Assembly: GCF_009914755.1 (NCBI RefSeq)
Contig: NC_060930.1
Strand: one strand, 5' to 3'
Source: the human T2T-CHM13v2.0 reference genome, Homo sapiens
Length of the DNA stretch: 64,000 bases
The position numbers and the translations under genes were made by a program. Under the pieces are notes generated by a model that saw nothing but the letters and a program-made list of their open reading frames with translations, ran no database searches and was not told the DNA's origin. How positions within the stretch are numbered: the stretch's first letter is position 1; the number at the start of each line of letters is the position of its first letter. Positions 58,995 to 64,000 of this stretch are shown one piece after another.

Positions 58995-60545
58995 CAGGAC
59001 TTATTTGTTCATTTATTCAACAAATATTTATTAAACACTTATTCATTCATTCATTCATTTATTCAACAAATACTTACCAAGAGTCAACTGGGTACCAGAC
59101 CTTCTCCCAGGTGTTAGGAACATAATAATGCATAAACTCAGACATAGTCCCTCTTCATAAGTACCTTGAAGTCTAGTGGAGAACACAGTAAACATAAAAA
59201 TAAGTGAACAATTGCAAAGACAAGGTGAACTTTTCTGTTATAGCATTCAGCAGCAAAACTTTTCCTAGCCTGAGTGGCTGGGTAATGAGAGAATTGTTGC
59301 TTGAGGAAATGATCTAAGCAATGAATAAGGATTAACCAGGAAAAGGGGCGTGCAAATGGCAGGTACAAAAGTCTTGAGGTGGGAAGTAGCAAGGCATGAT
59401 GAAAGTAGGAAATAAGAGAGGTCAGAAACCAAAAAAAATAGTGTCAGTAGGAGCCTGCTAGAGATCTGAATTGTGTCTCCCCAAAATTCATATGTTGAAG
59501 CCCTAATCTCCAACGTGACTGTATTTGCAGATAGGGCCTTTAGGAGATCATTAAGGTTAAATGTGGTATATTAAGGGTGGGATCTTAACTCCACAGGATT
59601 TGTGTACTTAAGAGGAGAGGTATGCCTTCTCTCTCTGCCTTGCACCCTCTCCTCCCCACTCCCCATCTCTCTTACTTGCAAGCACCTAAGAAAGGCCTAG
59701 TGAGGACACAGCCAGAAATTGAAGGCTTCGCCGGAACCTAAACATGCTGGCACCCTGTCCAGGACTTCCGGCCTCCAGAAATGTGAGGAAACAAATTTCT
59801 TGTTTGAACCACCCAGTATATGGTATTTTGTTATAGTGGGCCCAAGCAGATTAAGACAGAGCCAGATCCTATAATGCCTTACAGGCTATTTGGTCCCAGA
59901 AGCGAGGAGAAGCCATGTAGGTTTTTGGCCATGGTGGGCCCAGGGGCTAGGCAGGAGTTGGTAAGAGATGAGTGACAGGATGAGATTTGACTTTGAAAAG
60001 ATTACTTTGATGACAGAAAGAGAAATGATTGAAAGGGAGAAGAATGAATGCAAGGAGATCACTTAGGAGGTCATTGTATAATTTAGAAAAAGGATGATCC
60101 TGGTTTGAAGCAGCAGATAAACATTCATGTATGAAATAGAGAAATAGTAAAAAATAGACAAACTTGGAGATGGGTGGGATTCTGAGAAAGGTGGTGAAAA
60201 GATGCTGCTACTCCACTCAATAAATGGTGGTGACATTTACTACAGTGAGGGACACTGGAGGATCGGTAGCCTGGGTGGGTGCAGAGGAGAGACTATTGAT
60301 TTAGTTTAGGCATGTTGATTTTCTTTATACAGAGACACAGAGTATATAATCTCACCGCTTACTTTTCATAAGTAAGCATAAGTAGTTCTCTTACATTTCA
60401 TAAGGGAGATCTGAACTGATGGTAAGAATTTGTGAGTCATTATCAGATGGATGATAATTGAATCCATGGATTTAAATGAAATTGTCTAGGGGCTATAAAG
60501 TGAGAAGTGAGGGGGGTTGTATGATGGAGTCTTGAGTAACTCCCA
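58995..60545 (-). mobile_element. L2 3' portion interrupted by MLT1
   Basis: ttcattcatttattcaacaaata tail; gtctagtggaga; tttgaaaagattactttg. Confidence 0.7.
59456..59858 (+). mobile_element. MLT1A0/B solo LTR
   Basis: ctgaattgtgtctccccaaaattcatatgttgaagccctaa ... tggtattttgttatag..ttaagaca. Perfect 5-bp TSD gagcc. Confidence 0.9.
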
Positions 60546-60616
60546 CGCATAAAATAATTTTCAATTATTTATGCCCCCGCCCCTACTCCCATCCTTTTGC
60601 CTCTCTGTGCACACAT

Positions 60617-60617
<1 letters not shown>

Positions 60618-60656
<39 letters not shown>
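60618..60656. repeat. (CA)n microsatellite, ~19 units
   Basis: Uninterrupted CA run. Confidence 0.98.
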
Positions 60657-60658
<2 letters not shown>

Positions 60659-61683
60659 CTGACTTTCAAAAGAAGGGCTCAATCCCAATGTTTTCATTAT
60701 TTATAAAGTTGTCCCATTTGAAGTGGGGGATACTCATTGTCAATATATTTTGAAGGCCAAATCATTCTAACTGAAGCAAAATTATCTCTTATCTGATATG
60801 CATTTGTTATAATACTAGCGTTTCCTTTCTCCAAGGTGACGTAATGTTTGGTGGTAAATTTTCCATAAAAAAAAAATCATAAGATTTGTGATCTATTTTC
60901 CTGTGATGGTGAAGGACTGCTTCGGGAATGCAACAAATGGGGCAGGCACATCCCTTCTCTGAAGTGGTGGTTCAACTTTTAGGAAAATTCTATTTTTTAT
61001 CCAAATATGTGGTGTATATGTATTTATATCTCAGTTAATTTTAGGTACCTCCCAAGACAGCGTAGTATCTGATCCTAAAATGACTCTGAGAAAATGTTAA
61101 AAGTTCCTGAATAATTTTTATAGTCTCTAAAGAATGAAAGTCAGTTGTATCAATTGTAAAATGTAGTCTTCATAATCCTGATCATGAATTAAATCTAAGC
61201 TCCTCTTCAGGGCAAGGCCTTCCTGTTCTCACCTTGCTCTCTAGCTTCCTTCCTTTCTGCTCCTGCATGGGAATGTAAAACTTTACCGATAGCCAGTGAA
61301 TTGTAACAGCTTGACTTTGCTATTGATTCCGTCTCTAGGCCAGGATCACACTAGTCCTTTTGCCTGGAAGACCCTTTCCTTGTTGGTTTACCTGATGCAG
61401 TACTCATGCGACCTGCCCTCAGGTCTCAGTGTGAGGGCAGTTCCTTCTCTGAAAGCCGTCTACTCCCTGAGTTGGCCCTGAGACATCCCTTCTCCTGTAT
61501 GCCCATTATATCTTTTAAGTTCACCATTCTACTCCTCTTCACATTGTAGTTAAAATTTTTTCTTCTCTACCCCTCTATGAAACAGCAGCAATATGAGGGC
61601 AGGAATCAGGTCTTTTCTATTCTTTGAATTTCCAGCACCCAGCCTTTTTTTTTTTTTTTCTTACCCTATGCCCTGTAACCTAC

Positions 61684-62068
61684 TGTATTAGTCTGTTCTC
61701 ACTTCTGTAAAGTGAGAACTATACATAAAGGACTGCCCAAGACTTGATAATTTATAAAGGAAAGAGGTTTAGTTGACATACAGTTATGCATGGCTGGGGA
61801 AGCCTCAGGAAACTTACAATCACGGCAGAGGGGAAGCAAACACATCCCTCTTCACATGATGGCAGGATAGAGAAGTGCCAGGCAAAAGAGGGAAAAGCCC
61901 CTTATAAAACCATCAGATCTCATGGAAACTATCACGAGAACAGCAACATGGGGGTAACTGCCCCCATGATTCAATTACCTCTTACTGGGTTCCTCCCACG
62001 ACACGTAGGGATTATGAAAACTACAATTCAAGATGAGATTTGGGCGAGGACACAGCCAAACTCTATCA
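61684..62068 (-). mobile_element. THE1D-like solo LTR
   Basis: tgtattagtctgttctcac ... gacacagccaaactctatca. Perfect 5-bp TSD cctac. Confidence 0.92.
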
Positions 62069-62249
62069 CCTACTTAAAATAATAAAATAACAAACCACAT
62101 AAATGAATAGGCCATTTGGTCATGCTCTGCCTTTGAATTGACAAATATCTGAAGTTGCCAGTGTTTAAAATTATTGTTCCCCTAAAAGAGAAAAAAAAGG
62201 ACCAATCTTGACTCATTATCTAAAATATTTAAATATAAAAATGAAGACA

Positions 62250-63300
62250 CCATTTGTTCATCTAGTCAACATATATTTATCGAGTATTGTGTACCAGGCA
62301 TTGTTCTGAGCTCTGGAAAATAGAAATTTAAAGAAAGAGAGAAACATGGTTTTTATCTTCATAGAACTTAGTGAGAGAGACATAAATATATGAAAGAATT
62401 ATACAAATAAATGTAAAATGATAGCTGTGATAAGAGCTAGGCAGGATACTTAATGGACAATTACTGGGTGCTATGGAAGTGATTAATAGAAGCTATAGAT
62501 CTATTCAAGGGTGGCAGGGAAGCATCCAAGGGGAAGTGAGGCTTCAACAGGTTTTGAAGGAAGGGTAGGTGGTAACCAGGCTGAGAAGGGAGGAGGGATG
62601 GGCAAAGCGAGAACGTAGACAGGAAGGAAGGGCACCCATCAGGCAGGCCTTTGCAGCAGCGGTGAGAATTTGGCTCTTTATTTTCAGAGCAACGACAGGC
62701 TGTTACAGCCACATCTTCTTAGTGATATGATCATGAGAGTTAACATTTATCTGCCGTAGAGCTCTACTTAATATGTTAGGATGGTAAAATACATTGAGTT
62801 TTTCTTATACCAGGCACTGTACTGTGTACTAGAGATAAAAATGTGAACAAACATGGTTCTTGACTTCCAGAATTTCACATTCATGTGGAAGAAAAGGTAT
62901 AGAAAAAATATATTTGTGAGAAGTTATAATAACAGAAGAATATATAAATTCAGAATATAAAACAAAGCTGAAGCTTGAGGTCTGTGAGGTTCAGGAAAGG
63001 CTAATGTCAGCAGTTGTTCTCTAGAGCAGACATTGAAGAATGAATAGGTATGTTTGCAGGGGGTGCTGATCAGGCAGAGGGAACAGCATGAGCAAAGGAA
63101 TGAGGGTATGGAACAGTATGGTGTGCATGTGTGTGGAGCTCAGAGCGCATGGCAAGTAAGCACTTCAAGAGCATAAAGTACACAAAGAGGATGAATCAGG
63201 CAGGAAATTTGGATCTGGGCAGGAGGTGATAAGTATCATTTGCTGTAACATGAAGCTTTTCCTAAAAAAACAAAAACAAAACTTTGCTATAGATAGTTGG
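62250..63300 (-). mobile_element. L2 fragments (two 3'-end pieces)
   Basis: caacatatatttatcgagtattgtgtaccaggcattgttctg; ccaggcactgtact...ggcagagggaacagcatgagcaaagg. Confidence 0.6.
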
Positions 63301-64000
63301 AAGGGAAGTGGGTCAAGCAAGGTGATAAGAAGAAACAGGAAACAAAGTTGATAGTATATTTTTTTTTCTCCCATAGGCAAAGTTGTTGTACATAAATATA
63401 CTTTACTTTTGTGTTCTGGGAGTTTCAGAGCCTTTATCTGTTCTGTCTTCTTTAGCTTCCTCTTTAGGATTTTCTCCTCTCTGTCCTCTCAATTTCATTG
63501 ACTTTTATTCTCCTTTCAAAACCTAACTCTCCCTGGTGCTTTGGAGAAGAGGTATTCAGCTGGAGAAGATTCAGCCCCTCTTCTTGCATTTCTTTATCTC
63601 TTCTGAATGCTGATTTCATATCCCTACTTTGTTCACAGAACACCTGGCATTCTTCCGTCATATTTCCAAATTTCTCTATAAATAACCAGCTATGGGAATT
63701 TTATTATCTACAGGACACACAAACAAAGATTTTCTTGACAGTCTACCAAATGGGTGTGAGGTATATCTATGATCAGACCATCCCCAAGGAATAGGTGGCC
63801 TGCCTCCATGAGGGAACAATGAGAAGTCGAGCATTTGGGGGGATATTTGCAATTTTAAAAGGCATGTAAACCACACTTTAAAAAAATACAGGCTTTTCTT
63901 CTTGATATGTATAACTTTCCTAACTCTCAGTTAGCTTCATACCTTCAGGCAGGAAGGAAGAAATGCAATATTGGCAAAAAATAATTCACTAGAATTGGCT

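Noticed and set aside
63498-63876. Possible terminal exon (tctacag|GACAC...) and overlapping ORFs
   Set aside because: The polypyrimidine tract is weak and the peptide is not recognisable in any frame I checked.

Overview
This is AT-rich primate (human-like) non-coding DNA, intronic or intergenic, dominated by interspersed repeats. I found no host protein-coding exon, RNA gene or CpG island. Main features: (1) a full-length but dead ~6.1-kb L1PA (L1PA4/5-like) on the minus strand at 1403-7537, with a perfect 14-bp target-site duplication (TSD), a truncated antisense ORF0, the 129-bp ZNF93-type 5'UTR segment and a mutated YY1 site; (2) nine Alus and many solo LTRs (THE1/MST/MLT1/MLT2/MER21/LTR12/MER50-like); (3) DNA-transposon relics (MER47, MER5A, MER33, MADE1) and MIR, L2 and old L1M relics. 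The most unusual part is 35.7-39.7 kb. It holds a cluster of locally templated inverted and direct duplications plus a 1.14-kb AT-rich minisatellite (37 units in 4 variant types). The repeat unit is itself a hairpin, and the array lies inside a 38-bp inverted repeat copied from nearby old L1 sequence. I see no evidence for a new protein-coding system. Repeat subfamily names come from my recall of consensus sequences and need RepeatMasker/Dfam confirmation.
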